The notes beneath the pieces are model-generated. The model made no database searches. It worked only from the letters and a program-made list of their open reading frames with translations, and was not told where the DNA came from. A stretch of DNA of 63,356 nucleotides, the filler included, from Reticulomyxa filosa (taxonomy: Eukaryota > Protista > Foraminifera): the NCBI GenBank assembly GCA_000512085.1. It is 15 parts of 15 records of this genome, joined end to end, with 100 filler letters (N's around TTAATTAATTAA, not from the genome) between each part and the next. Parts side by side here need not be neighbours in the genome. Positions count along the whole stretch, not along the records: positions 24,543 to 27,935 come from ASPP01021247.1; positions 28,036 to 31,458 come from ASPP01016228.1; positions 31,559 to 32,736 come from ASPP01021821.1; positions 32,837 to 34,244 come from ASPP01019849.1; positions 34,345 to 43,450 come from ASPP01001022.1; 10 more parts are not named here. One strand, given 5' to 3'. The position numbers and the translations under genes were made by a program. Positions 24,612 to 37,890 of the stretch are shown piece by piece. The number at the start of each line of letters is the position of its first letter. Position 1 is the first letter of the stretch.

Positions 24612-24929
24612 AGACAGTGAAAAAAACCAAAATGTTTCAGGAACCACCAACGGAAGTAACAAAACTTCAAAAGTAAAACCTGAAAACGATTCGATTGCCC
24701 GAACGTATACTAAACCAGGATCAGAAGGTACATTGTTTTTGTTTTTTTCTCCCTTCTTCTCTAATTGTCCCCTTTTTTTTTTTCATTTTTTTTTTTGACA
24801 ATAATAGGCAATTCGGTCGCGGACACTGTCGTTGAATATGGAAGCGGCGAAGATCACGAAACGGAACCTGATGAAGAGAGACCACAAGCAAGACTTGTAA
24901 TTGAAAATGGTCATGAGCATTTTGTGTGA
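24612..24929 (+). CDS. Last two exons of a hypothetical gene
   Basis: The frame GTEDSEKNQNV...KPGSEG / NSVADTVVEY...HEHFV* stays open across a GT..AG intron at ~24728-24807. Confidence 0.5.
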
Positions 24930-25976
24930 CAAAAAATGAAGGACTTGCTATTATACTAATAATATTTTTTTTTATTTCCCACTTTTGTGCGTGTGTGTGT
25001 GGGTTGTTTTGTTGGGAAGGAGAGGGAGAAAAAGTGTTGCATCTTTGACTGTTTGCGCTATTTTTTTGGAATTTTCTTTGATGCGTTACTTTTTCAATTC
25101 AATTTAAAAAAAACAATTCGACTTTTATTAAAACAGCAACAATAATAATTAAAAAACATTCACAATAGATAACATTTTTTTCATCCTCTTCTTTTTTTTC
25201 AAAAATCAGTTGCGAATAAAAATGACGTCAAAATTGAAGTGCTTGTTGCGAGCACTAAACTGGAAAATAATCGAATTTTCAAATGATGACATTCATACTC
25301 GCCAAGGACAAGTTTGAATCCATGCCGTCGTCTTATCATCAACACTGTTGTTACAAACATTTGGATATTACGACAGTTTGTAAGATTCGATCAATTCTTA
25401 GGACATTTTTTATTTGAAATAAAAAATTAATAAAACAATAATAATACTAAAATAGCAACTACAATCAACATTTTATAGTGATGGTGGCACGAAATTAAAA
25501 AAATTAAGTGTAGCTAAACCTGGTGAAGATGTCTATCCACATTTAAAACAAAGATATTGGAAAACATTTCCTCGAAAAAATTGCAAATCGATTGCTCACA
25601 ATGAAAGCAACAACACAACTGAAGGTTCAAAAGGTGATTACGTCTGTGGACGCCGAGGTTTGGCGTACTTTAGTAGTTTCCATAAACTTAAAAAAACTAA
25701 CAAGTCATTGCGAAACAAATGGATCAACACCCTGCTGTCCACTAAAAAACGTTCTTGTGACAACAATCCTCAAGCTCAGTCTAATCAATCAAACCCCTCG
25801 TCAATTCAAAAACACAAGTAGAAGTATAAAAACAATATTTTTTTGTTATTTTTGACATTGATGCATCAATATTGAACTTTTTTCTTTCTACCCCTTGGCT
25901 CCACACGTAGAAGAGGAATACAGAAATTTGGTTATATATTTTTTGTTTCTGCTTATCTTTCAATTTATTTGTAAAG

Positions 25977-27216
25977 ATATGACCAATACGAGTTTTTGGA
26001 TCGTGGTCGTTTTGCAGAAATATTCAAAGCAAGATCTTTGGAGCGACAAGAATATGTTGCATTAAAAAAGGTGTGGATAAACCAAACTGAGAGCAATTGT
26101 AATAATAAGGCCAGTTTAAAACATGCAGAAAGAGAGGCACGTATATTGACATGGTTGACTGCGTGTGAACAAAATAAGAGTAAAGACAACAAAAATAAAA
26201 AGACTGATTTGAGTATTAACTTCAATATAATAATGTTAATCGACCAATTTGTAATTGATAATTATCATGTTTTAGTGTTGGAATTGATGAGCACAAACTT
26301 GTGTCACTTAATGCAAAATTTACCACAAGATAGTGCAAATATGTGGAACGAGCAACACTGGCGACATATTTGTCGAATGCTTCTGAGCGGAGTGAGCGCC
26401 ATTCACAATTTGAACATCATTCATCGCGACTTAAAACCTTCCAATCTACTATTCAACGAGCATGGAATTTTGAAAATTGCAGATTTTGGACAAAGTATTT
26501 GTCTTGATTGGGTGAAAAAGTATGCATACGAAATTATGAACAATGACATAGCGTTACGTGATATCTCACCCTATGAAAACGAGGAAAACAGCAGCCCGAA
26601 CAACAGTAAAAAGCATAAATTATTAGATGAAATAATAATAATTGGGAATCAAATGTCGTTACACGTGAAAAACAAAAAAAACAGCATATTGACCAGTATC
26701 AACAACAAGTGTAACGACAAAGACACCACTTCTCTCTTATTGACAAATGAAGTGGGCACGCGTTGGTATAAAAGTCCAGAGCTGTTGTATGGATCGCACG
26801 AGTACAACTGTAGCATGGACATGTGGTCTGTCGGTTGTATCTTAGGCGAGCTCATTCTCAAAGGCACGCCCTTGTTCCCTGGACAAACTGATATTGATCA
26901 ATTGTGTCAAATATTTAACATATTGGGAACAATCGATGTACAAACATATCCGCAATCGTTGTTTTTGCCCGATTTCAACAAAATTACTTTTCAATCCGTT
27001 CAAAATAAGTCTATTCACTTTTTGTTTTCTAATTGTAATGTCAAACCCACAGAGTCTATGCTAAACATCATCCAGCTCTGCCTTCAGCTTAATCCTTGTC
27101 ATCGTGCCACTGCAACACAGGCTCTCAACTGTCAATGGATATCTACACACGTTCAAATAGATAAAATACAAGCTGAATTATCTTCTACAATTAGTCAGAT
27201 AGCTAAAACAAAATAA
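25977..27216 (+). CDS. CDK20/CCRK/LF2-like cyclin-dependent kinase (possible upstream exon 25480-25817)
   Basis: [18 protein letters not shown], '[18 protein letters not shown]', '[12 protein letters not shown]' and 'LPDFNKITF'; the last three are CDK20-type signatures. Confidence 0.85.
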
Positions 27217-27596
27217 ATTTTGTTATTTTTTAAAAACTGAAATTTCTATTTTCGAATATTCCAAACAAAAATCAAAATTTTTCAAAAAAATCTAGAAATT
27301 TTTTTACTTTACATGTTAAGTATCAATTTTGATTTAAATGAATGCGCTTTTTGTAGAAAATTGCAGTCTAATTATTGTGTTGTAATACTTTGCTTATTGT
27401 AAAGTAGCCCCAATGTCCACCAACTCGAGCTTTACTGTCATACCCAGCAATAAAAAAAAAGTAGAATTTTAAATCGAATGCAATGTTACAATACAAGACA
27501 ACAGCATCACAGACGTTTTTCCTTGAATGACACAAAGAAGTTAAGAAAAGAAAGAGACAAGGAAGAGGGGAGGGAATTTGGGGGAAAAAAAAAAAA

Positions 27597-27860
27597 ATGG
27601 TCATTCGATTATTGTCAAGCCGTTCTTGCCATCATGCGCTATCACATTATAAATGGGAACAAAATAGTGTCTCTTTATTACACTTTCTGACAACAAGAAA
27701 GCATGCAGGAAGCAGCCACAATCACAGCCACTCGCCGCACACAGGTTTTTCGTGGAACCCATTGGCGCACACGGACAGCAACCGCAGCTTAGTTTTGGAA
27801 GACTCTTCGCAAGAGAAATTGGCAAAGCGATGTGAAGAAGTGTTTCGTTTGACGCAAAAG
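27597..27860 (+). CDS. 5' exon of a hypothetical protein, possibly with a mitochondrial presequence (truncated)
   Basis: ATG-initiated Arg/Ser/Leu-rich, acid-poor N-terminus running into intron-like poly-A at the contig end. Confidence 0.35.
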
Positions 27861-28035
27861 AAAAAAAAGAAAAAAAAAAAGAGAAGGGACCAAAAAAAAA
27901 AAAAAAAAAAAAAAACTTTTTTTTAAAAATGTGTGNNNNNNNNNNNNNNNNNNNNNNNNNNNNNNNNNNNNNNNNNNNNTTAATTAATTAANNNNNNNNN
28001 NNNNNNNNNNNNNNNNNNNNNNNNNNNNNNNNNNN

Positions 28036-28075
<40 letters not shown>

Positions 28076-28429
28076 ATCAAACAAAGTAAACAAATGAACA
28101 AAAGTAAAACAAAACAAGCAAAACAAACAAAATAAAAAAAGAACAACCGTTCTTTTTTTGCCTACGTCTATCCACATACAAGTGTTGTCAGCACCTATTT
28201 TACTTTCTTTGTTTGTTTTGCTTGTTTTTATATTTATTTTTTTGGGATTAAGTTTTGAAGGTAATATCAACTGGAACGAAATTAATTAAAGCATAGGTGG
28301 CATGCCAATCAGCACGATTGACAAAACTTTGCTTTTTTTTTTTTTTTTTTTTTGAACAAATTTAACAACAAAAAAAGGAAATTTGTTTCCTATTGAAAAT
28401 GCGATGAAATAAGAATTACAGAGGGGCGG

Positions 28430-29440
28430 TTAAAATAAGGATAGCGCTAGCTTAGATGGGAATGTTGGGTTATGGTCAGTGTCATTTGGAGGGGCATTAT
28501 GTCCGTCGCAAGCATAGTTGTAATCAAGGTCATCCTCATTATCGGAGAGGAATAGCTCTTCTATTTCCCGTGCGATCAAGTCCTTTTCAGGTCCAATCGA
28601 CCCATCAGCTTTCCTTGTTATTTGCATGTTGCCATTGCTATCGGCTTCCTTTTCTTTGTCTTTCGATTTTTTTGGGAATGTACTTCGGAACAGTGACACT
28701 TTTTTTTTTTTTTTTTTTTTGTATGTGCATCCTTTCGTCAAACTCTCTTTATGTTCGTTCTAAAGGGTTACATGTTAAAAAAAAAAAAAAAATTCTTCGT
28801 CCTTTTTTTTTTTTTTTCTTCCTCCCCTTCCTCCTCCGCTGAAAGTACCATATGTTGCAAACATCTCCACAGTCAGCAGACAATCACCTTGGACGGATTG
28901 CAGAGCTGGAATTGCCACTACTGTGTTGTAGTGGAAATGGTACTCTAAAAATACTGCGAACTCGTCGATGGCAACATTTGGGTGGCCTTGCGCTTTGGAT
29001 TGAAAACACTCCAAACAGCAGGATAGAATAGACAGATCCACTCTCATTTTCTCTTCGCTGTTGTCCATAGATTCTGACACTATTGTCTCATAGTCCTCAC
29101 TGATCCAACACATTTCTTCTCCTTCGCTTGTGCTCTCATCTGTCGATACACTTTCGGGCGTTTTTTTACAGTTCGACTCTGAGTTTTGACGGTGGGACAA
29201 CAATGTCGTATATTGACTGCATTCCAATAATACCACTGTGTTTACTATGTCCGATTGCAAACTTTTCTTCAAATACTCATATTGTTTTAGCAAATCAAAG
29301 TTGAAAGTCTGTGTTAAAACTCCTGGCATTCCGTGCCAAGATATATCTACTATCTGCTCATGCAATATTATTCCCATCATTGGTTTCCACCAAGGAAATA
29401 ACCAAAATTTCAACTCCGTCAATCTCGGTTGCTTCGGGCT
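28430..29440 (-). CDS. Hypothetical multi-exon protein
   Basis: A 215-aa ORF (28775..29422) and a 103-aa ORF (28430..28741) separated by homopolymer-rich intron-like DNA; no domain recognised. Confidence 0.5.
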
Positions 29441-29863
29441 TTTTCAGTTAGTTGTTTTACAGGAGCAGAGGCACTTATTTAATTGTTATGAAATTTACTA
29501 TCCTCAATACGAGAATCTAATCGTCAATAATCTTGTTTGATCTGCAATACATTTACAATCTTTTTTTTATGTAAACAAGTGGTGCAAAAAACGAAAAATG
29601 TTTGTTTTTACAAGATGTCCCAGTTAGATTTAATGTGAAAGCCATTAAACACTGATAACATTATGAATAGATTTGACGTTGTTTCAAAGAAAAAACTCAA
29701 CACGAACGAAAATTTGCAAACATTTTCAATCATTATCCGATCGTTATGAAGGGAGTGCAAAGTTGTGGTATAATACCGCTTCGAGCACTTAGTGCTGTCT
29801 TATTTGTATGTACCTTTTTTTGTAGTTTGTTAATCTTTTTTCAATATCTCAAAAAATCAAACA

Positions 29864-30928
29864 GGGATTAAGCATTTTCTCTTCGTTTGTCCGCGTTGCA
29901 CCAGACGGTTTGTTAATATAGGTTTTTTCTCTTCTTTCATCTTGACAAGTTTTACCGAATAAAAAACGATAAATAAATTAAAACAGTCGGTATTAGCTTA
30001 ATTTGTTATTTTTTTATAAGCCCAACCGATATAAATAAAAATCAGTCTTTATCAAGCCAACAAATTAAATGGGTAACTTTTTTTTCTATCTTATGACGCG
30101 GTTGCCCTTTGGCTTAATGTAATATATATTTTACAAAAATATCCACTTCAGGTTGTTTGGTTGCTAATCTTCACGTCATTTCTGGATATTGTGTGGTTGT
30201 GTGTTTGGTCTATCGAATATATTGAGTACTATGATACTGCATTCAGTCGGTTGCCCTCTATCATTCAATTTTGCCTTTATATTATAATCTTTCAATTAAC
30301 TTTGATCAAAGTTATTGCTTTAGCAAAACCAACCAATTAGTTTCATGACTGTGTTACTGAAACTCTTTTTTTTGTTTGCTGTCTCTACAAACAGATTCCA
30401 TTGACAATTATAATTTCAATTCTTTTGAGCAAAAACAAATTAACTGGGAAAGATGACATGAATACTCTTACCAACACATCCTCCAATGAATTTGCAAGTT
30501 ATTCAATGAACCGAAAAGAAATAATGAAAGACCCCGCAAAAATTGAACTAAACTCACCTTCTAACGTTCACCAACAAATGAACGACAACAAATCTGATTG
30601 TAGCAATAACACCGACGAATCATCATCTAGTTCTTCACCAGACTTGATGATCCTTCCAGAACACTCCGGAAGTGCAGAAAAAGAAACTGAACAACTTGAA
30701 CCAAACGATAAAATTTCAACCATGCTCGGAATTGATGGCGCATTTGACATGTCGGACAATGAAAGTGATCAAGTAATCTACACTTTTGTTTGCTTATTTT
30801 TTAAAAAATAAATAATAAAAAAAATAGGAAAGTTTGTGTTTCAAAGAATTGCAATGAGATCAAGACATCTCCAAAGTACAGAAAATGAAATGACAACATT
30901 ATGTAATGCAAAAAACATAAGTATGTGA
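29864..30928 (+). CDS. Small multi-pass membrane protein with a Ser/Asn-rich C-terminal tail
   Basis: Exon 30152-30310 encodes hydrophobic VVWLLIFTSFLDIVWLCVW...IIQFCLYIIIFQLTLIK, spliced to ORF 30401..30811 and a last exon ending at TGA ~30928. The 5' end is unresolved. Confidence 0.5.
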
Positions 30929-31195
30929 CCCAATGAAAAAACACTAATGTTGTATCTTTTGTTTTTTAATTTAATGATCAGTTCTTTGGTAAAGATCATA
31001 TTGTTTTTCTTGCGATGATGCACTAATTAAAACTAAAATGTATTCGTAATACAAATATGTTATATTACGTTTTATAAGTGATTACACTTGACTGGCTAAG
31101 TTTTAACTGTAAATATACGTTTTAATTTAAAAGGAAACGAACTTTGCGTTGTATAATCGCAAAACTCTTGTCTAACTTTGAAGTACATTCTAATA

Positions 31196-31458
31196 CAGTA
31201 GGATAAAAAAGAAAGTTGACACCTAAAATGCCACCTTATAGAGATGATTGTGTTTCTCCATGAAAAAACAACATTTAATCAAAATTAAAAAAAATATCTA
31301 CGAATAGTGTAGTTTTTAAATATCATTTTGGTTTTTTACTAAGTCTTTACAATTTTTTCAAAAATTTTAATCTTTCATTTGATTTGGAAAATTTCTTAAA
31401 AAAAGTTGACAATTGTATTTTTCTAGTAGTCATGAAATTTGACAATATTTTTTTAAAC
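31196..31458 (+). mobile_element. Left TIR of a Tc1 family A copy at a contig end
   Basis: TA|CAGTAGGATAAAAAAGAAAGTTGACACCTAAAATGCCACCTTATAGAG closely matches 10518 onward and the reverse complement of the 11591 end. Confidence 0.92.
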
Positions 31459-31719
31459 NNNNNNNNNNNNNNNNNNNNNNNNNNNNNNNNNNNNNNNNNN
31501 NNTTAATTAATTAANNNNNNNNNNNNNNNNNNNNNNNNNNNNNNNNNNNNNNNNNNNNAATAAATGAAGAAAAATGATAAAGAAAGAAAAAAAAAATGTT
31601 GAAAAATTTAAAATAAAAAAATGTGACAATGAGAAAAAAAAAGAAAAAAAAAAAAATGTGACAATGAGAAAAAAAAGGAAAAAAAAAAAAAAAGGAAAAA
31701 ATCAAAAGAAAATAATAAA

Positions 31720-32730
31720 AAAAACTTTGAGCGACCAATCTACGCTTATCGATTGTTCCAAGTCGCATTGAACGATCGTGTACGTGTGCGTGTTCGCAAC
31801 GTTGAACTTTTGGTCGTGAACTTGTAGAAACGACGTCAACATCGGAGTCGCAACGGTGGCAACGATTGGATGGTGAAAGTAGGCAAAGTGAAAACGATGC
31901 CGATAGCGGCAGCGACTGGATCGACGAGGGAGTGGAAACGAGAAAGAAAGGACGCGAACGTTGTGAGAAAATAAGCGACGTTGCGATCGAGCAAACTACT
32001 ATATTGGGTGAACAATCCTGTGTAAGAATGGTTCAATCTAGTTGTTTGGAATTCACAAGACACCGGCAAGCAAGTAGAGAAAGACATCAAGTTGGCGATC
32101 GTGTTGAATTGGATTGGGTCGTAAAGATGTTTTGAAATAGATCGGCGTGGACTGTTGGAAATCGAATTCGATGATTGATGAATCAATGGTCATAATGAAA
32201 GCCAAGACGTAAAGAAAATTTCCAAGTTCATTACATAAAATAAAATAAAAAGATTATATTTACCTTGTATTATCATAGCTTTGTGTGTTTCAATAAGTGT
32301 GCGAAAAACCTCAGATACTTCACTAGCCGACGTTCCATGGCCAACATAATATTGAAAGGTGAAGGAGAACTCCGTGAGCAAAGAGATAAGCCGACGAAAG
32401 AAACAAATATCCCGACTTTAAAAATATTTGCAATACATTGGAAAGTATGAAAAAGCGCTTGGCCGACAAAGAGTAACTCGTAAAAATCAAATCGAAAAGA
32501 CCAATTCAAAAAAGAGTTGCATCATTTGGAAACGTCTCTCCTCCTCCAAACTCGACAAGACTTGTGAAAAGCAATACGAAGAAGACATCGGCCAGTGAGC
32601 AAAAGTGATGACGAAATATCTTTGGATAATGATATCAAAAAAGTGAATAGCGAGAAAGCGAGGAGAAATAGAAGTGAATGAAGATATGGACGAAGACGGA
32701 GGCAATAAGGCCAAACATGGACGCAAAAAA
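31720..32730 (-). CDS. Internal fragment of a hypothetical gene, with frameshifts
   Basis: Higher-GC protein-like minus-strand ORFs (32487..32726, 32190..32381, 31836..32186); no domain recognised. Confidence 0.3.
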
Positions 32731-32836
32731 TATGGTNNNNNNNNNNNNNNNNNNNNNNNNNNNNNNNNNNNNNNNNNNNNTTAATTAATTAANNNNNNNN
32801 NNNNNNNNNNNNNNNNNNNNNNNNNNNNNNNNNNNN

Positions 32837-33886
32837 ACGCTCTTCCAATTCGTCTCTGTCTTGCTCGGCTTGTGCTATAAACATTTGCAACTGCTGCATA
32901 CAGCGCTGGTAAATATCATCAGGCTTAGCCTGCACGCGCCGGGAAAAACAAGGATATTGGTGCTGCTCCCTTCATCAAACTTGAGTGTAAGTATTGCGCT
33001 ACGTACTTGCTTAGATGATGCTTCGACGACGGAGGCGGGTGTGCCAGGAGCCTGGGGTTCCCAGCAATATCTCTTCAGTCTGATTGCAGTCAACTGCATT
33101 AAAAACTTGGGCCTGTAATAATTGCAATACCACGACTTCGAAGTCAAGCAAATTTCGCGCAAATCTTCCAAATCCAAAAACCTGTTTTTGAAAACGAAAA
33201 CATTTAAAAAAAACTTGATAAAAAAAAAAAAGGGGGTAATAACAATCAACGCATACTTTTTTTTTTTTTTATAATAATAAATAAATTAACTGCAAAAGAC
33301 GTCGTTCATTTGCATCTGAAAATCGAGATACGTCTTTAAGCAGTGAAAATTTTTTGGATTGCATGATGAGTTCGTCCAAATGGTTTCGACTTGTGATAAT
33401 GTTATGCAATGCGATTTTGGTAAGCAGATAATTTTCTTGCAACTTTTTTTCGTTTTCTGTTTGCTGTTGCAATGATTGGATGGCCTGTTGCAGCGCGTCT
33501 GAATCGCTAGTTTGATCGTTTTCCACTTGCTTTTGTTTCAGCTTCAGATGCGCTTTTTCTTCGCAAAGCTCTCTTCTTCGCAAAGCTCTCTCAACTCGCT
33601 ATGCTGCAGTCGTTCGTTATTCACCATTTCGTTCAGTGCCGAATGACATTGGATTCGCACTGTTATTTCATTCACAATAACAACAAGAAATAAAGATATA
33701 AAGAAGTTTGAAAAAAGGTAGTAAGTTGTTGTAAAAAGGTAGTTTCATGTTCTCTTGAATTTTGTGATGTAAATGATTCACTGTTTTTGCAATTGCTTCA
33801 CAGAATTCCTTATTTATGTTTCTCTTATAACGAACGTTTTTATATAAAGTGTGCAATTGTTCTAAAAAAAAAAAAATTATGCGCAT
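32837..33886 (-). CDS. Coiled-coil plus F-box-like protein (partial)
   Basis: Splicing across ~33184-33290 gives 'VSRFSDANERRLLQ|FLDLEDLREICLTSKSWY', an F-box pattern (I..FL...DL......V.K.W), preceded by a Q/E/K-rich coiled coil. Confidence 0.65.
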
Positions 33887-34344
33887 ATTTTAGTTTGCTA
33901 TTCCATTCTTTCTTGTTACTCAATCCAAATTATCTACAATCGATTGGTTTTAAAAAAGTTAACTATTGAAAACTACAAGAAAACGAACCTAGTTTCAAAT
34001 GAAACACGATACATCTAGGAAAAAGTGAAACAAGAAATAAAAAAAAAATGAAAAAAGATACAATTTGATTGAAAGTGATATGAGTGAGTATCAGGAGAGG
34101 GAAGAAAAGAGGAGAACCAATGTAAAAAGAAAAAAATAAAAAAAGATTGAGTTTTTCAAAGAAGGTTTCAGTCCCTTTGGGCAATGTTACAAAAAAGTTA
34201 ATTGTTGCACAATTAACGATTCTCTTTTTTTTCTCTCTCTCTCTNNNNNNNNNNNNNNNNNNNNNNNNNNNNNNNNNNNNNNNNNNNNTTAATTAATTAA
34301 NNNNNNNNNNNNNNNNNNNNNNNNNNNNNNNNNNNNNNNNNNNN

Positions 34345-34383
<39 letters not shown>

Positions 34384-34469
34384 TTTTTTTTTTTTTTTTT
34401 TCTTTAAAAAAAAAAAAATATTGGAGTTAAAAAAAAAAAAAAAAAAATAAGTAACGGTGAAACTCAGAT

Positions 34470-35094
34470 ATTTGCACAAAGTGATAAGAAGTCCTCTCGA
34501 GTTCGCGTCAGTCAAGTCCAATGTTAACACCGGCACTTTGTGACTGGTGGTCGGCTCGGCTGTTGTCGACGTATGCCACTTGCGACGAGGCCAATGTCTT
34601 TGGCTGCTTGCCATGGCGTTCCCGGGGGGCGCGTAAATGTGTCTTTGGTATGGCGTGTGACGTCTTTCTTGTTTGGACACATGATGATGGGAGTGAGGGT
34701 GAGGATGAGGGTGGTGGTAATACGGTCGGCTATGGTGAGGGTGGTGACTATGAGGTCGGCCTGCGCTTGTCGATTGGTACTGATTATGGAAATTATGGCT
34801 GTTATGTTGTCTCATTTCTTCTCTGATTAAAAGCGGCGTCAGAAATGGCGCTGTATGCTGTGACACTACGTTCCCAAATCCTCCACTGTTCGCTGTCATT
34901 CCTAATGTCGTTTGCCCATTCCCCAATGTCGTGTTCAAAAGTGCCCCTGGAGTTCCAGCCAGGCCTGTTGTAGCCCCAGCTGTCAACACTGGGAGATTAA
35001 ACATCGGCAAATACGAACCATCTAGCCCTTTTTGTAGAGAACCAAAATTGGCCTGTTGTGCGCCTGGGATTTCCATCAAATTTCCGTTCAACAT
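34470..35094 (-). CDS. Low-complexity Gly/Thr- and His-rich protein, 5' part (truncated)
   Basis: ORF 34360..35094 has higher GC and an HPHPH tract, and ends in intron-like poly-T. Confidence 0.55.
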
Positions 35095-36126
35095 TGGAAA
35101 TTGTAATATATTTCCAAGGTTTTTTTTTTTCTTCGCATGTTTGGCGTCTCCCTTTTTTTAAAAAAAAGTAGAGTCGTAGCGTGACAGTTGTCATTCATGA
35201 CTTCCTTCAGGAAGGCTTGCAGGAAAACTAAACCATGAGTTTAAACAGTAAAATTGGTAGTCACTTCAATGATTACAAACTTGATGTTATTTCAATTTTA
35301 AATTCTAGTCTATTTACTCAAATTCAACCAAAGCAACATGTCCTAGAGTTTATTTGTAATACAAACGACAAATAAAAACCACTTTTCAATTTGAGATTTG
35401 GTTTTTTAAAAGAAAAATCCTTTCAAACAAAAGACAATAAATTAGCTTTGTAAAAATGAAAAATTTACTTGAAGGAGTTAGTAGACTTAGCGCATGGATA
35501 CGTATTTTTAGCGTTGCCTCAACGATATCAAAACCAGTTGCAGCTTTGGAAACATCGGCATCGGAAGTATGTGAAGTGCTTGTGCAAAAGAGAAATATGT
35601 AAGTTCCAAATTGAGTAATAGCACCAAGCGTGCGAGGCAGAAGTGATACATACTATCTTAGTTTTGTGCCACGATTGATTATGCCCAAGCTGTGGCCAAG
35701 AGTAAGAATGTGATTTGCAAGTCATAGCCATGACAGCCATGAAATGACGCAATCGTTACATACACAGATATACTGACAATATCCATTTTGATTTTTGCCA
35801 CTAGCTTTGTGTCAAATTCCAACATCACTGCTATAAGGCAAAAAATTATATAGTCATGCGTCCATTAAAATTTTTGTTTTTCATTTTTATTGAATTCATA
35901 TTTGAAAAAAATAAAAATAAGAAAATAAAATTAAAATTTTTATTTTTTATTTTTATCATTTTTTTATTTTTTCAAATATATAATAATTTATATTTCGTTC
36001 AAACTATAAAAATACACTTAAGTTCATTTTATTTAAACCCAATATTCTTGAATCACACTACAATTTGATAATACTTGCAATTGAGATAATGTGACTTCAT
36101 TGTGAACATCAATTTGTATTGTACTA

Positions 36127-37168
36127 CAGTAGATTGCAAAAAAAAAATGATATACCTAAATGATATTATATGAAGAGAATCAATTTTCTCCATGAAAAGT
36201 AAAAATTTAAACCTAATTTTTTTTTTTAAATATCTACTAATCTTGTAGGTTTTAAATATGAAATTTTCTTTATTGTTGATATTTTTAATTGGCATTTCAA
36301 AATTTTGATATTTAAAGTGATGAAACATTTGAGTGCTTTTAAGAAAGGAGTTGCTGTTGGAGCTAGCATTCGATATGTAGCAAAGAAATTTAATGTAATT
36401 ATAGTTCCGCTTCGATTTTGGCTGTCGTCATATAAGTGTAATTGAACTGCAAAAAAAAAGCTGAATATGGCATATCAGAGAATATTCCTTTGCGAGTTCA
36501 GAGTAAAATTTTGATATGTCTTTTTCTGGAAATTGCGAAACTGCAAAAGACGTCAATAAAGAGTTAGATGATGATTGTAAAATCAAAGTTTCTTATTATT
36601 TAGAACATTTGGTGGATAATTAAAGTAAAATTATACAAGTTAAAAAATTAACAACAAATAAGAACTTTGTGATAAATTTGAAAAAATATAGTAAAAAACG
36701 ACACTAAACTATGTCAAGCTCTAGTTTAGTCAATGTCAAAAAGAATTGAAGTTGTAATCAATGCATAAAGAAAGCCAACAAATTTTTAACAAAATAATAT
36801 TTTTTTTAAAAAATTTCAAATAATAAAAAAAAAGGTTTCAAAATTTTGTTAAAAACTACGAAAGATGCAAGTATAATTTTTTAAAAAAAGTATCTACGTG
36901 ACTTGAAGATTACTAAAATGAAAACAAAAAGATTTAAAAATTTCTTATTTTCAATACAGTTTCAATTTATATGAACTCATTCGAAATTTTAAAAAATCAT
37001 ATTTTTGATCAACATAGAAAAAACTTATTATAAAACCAATTTCATATTTAAAAACTACAATATTAGTATATTTTTAAAAAATTATGTTTAAATCTTTATT
37101 TTTCATATAGAAAATCTATTCTTCATATAATGCCATTTAGTTATGGCCGTTTTTTTTGCAATATAATG
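36127..37168 (+). mobile_element. Internally deleted Tc1-type transposon (family B) with ~150-bp TIRs and TA duplication
   Basis: Left end TA|CAGTAGATTGCAAAAAAAAAATGATATACCTAAATG; right end CATTTAGTTATGGCCGTTTTTTTTGCAATATAATG|TA. Internal remnants: HTH-like 'SIRYVAKKFNV', 'NIWWIIK' and C-terminal 'SMSKRIEVVINA*RKPTKF'. Confidence 0.85.
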
Positions 37169-37890
37169 TAATATATCACATTATACAAATATGCAAATAT
37201 GTCATATATCCATTTCTTCACTTTACCTACTGCGTTCAATGACAATAACTAAGATTCATTTTATTTGCGGCTCGCTATCGATTGTTTATCGTTCTCAAAC
37301 TCTATACATTCATCCGTTTGCAATAATTGCATGTATATAGCTTTGTCTGCATACAAAAATAATACGTTGCTGTCTGAAGAAAAAACAGTATCATTCGCTA
37401 GAAGGATTCCATCAAATGCTGTGATAAGCCAGCTATGCATATGAGTATTTGACATTATCAATCTTTTTTAGCTAAACACCATTCCCATTTTTGTTGTTTG
37501 CTTTGCGCGTAGACGTATTTTGTAGTTTTTTTCCGGTCTTTTTTTCTTACTATGTGTTTTGTATACGTTCTTTAAAAAATACTGTTTTTCTGAAAAATGT
37601 ATTTGAAAGACATTTTTTTGTCTTTGAAAAGGTAATATTATAAAAAAATAATACAAATGATCTTTACAAAATGTTCGCAATACTAATTCGTGTCGATGAT
37701 TTCCTTAAATAAATCCTAAATCAATTATGTTAAGCTATTGCTACGTGTCCAGTGCATTATCAAAGATCTTGAGATTTAAATACGTTTATGTAACACCTTT
37801 TACTGGGACAGTCTAGGATAGAAACAGAGCAACTACAACGGGGCAGAATACTTTGCTCAAACTGAACTTGATAGAGCAGTCCATAGTGCA

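Noticed and set aside
35481-35490. TAGACTTAG motif seen three times near gene starts (35482, 57330, 63319)
   Set aside because: A 9-mer of this composition is expected about once by chance in this window, and it was picked post hoc.
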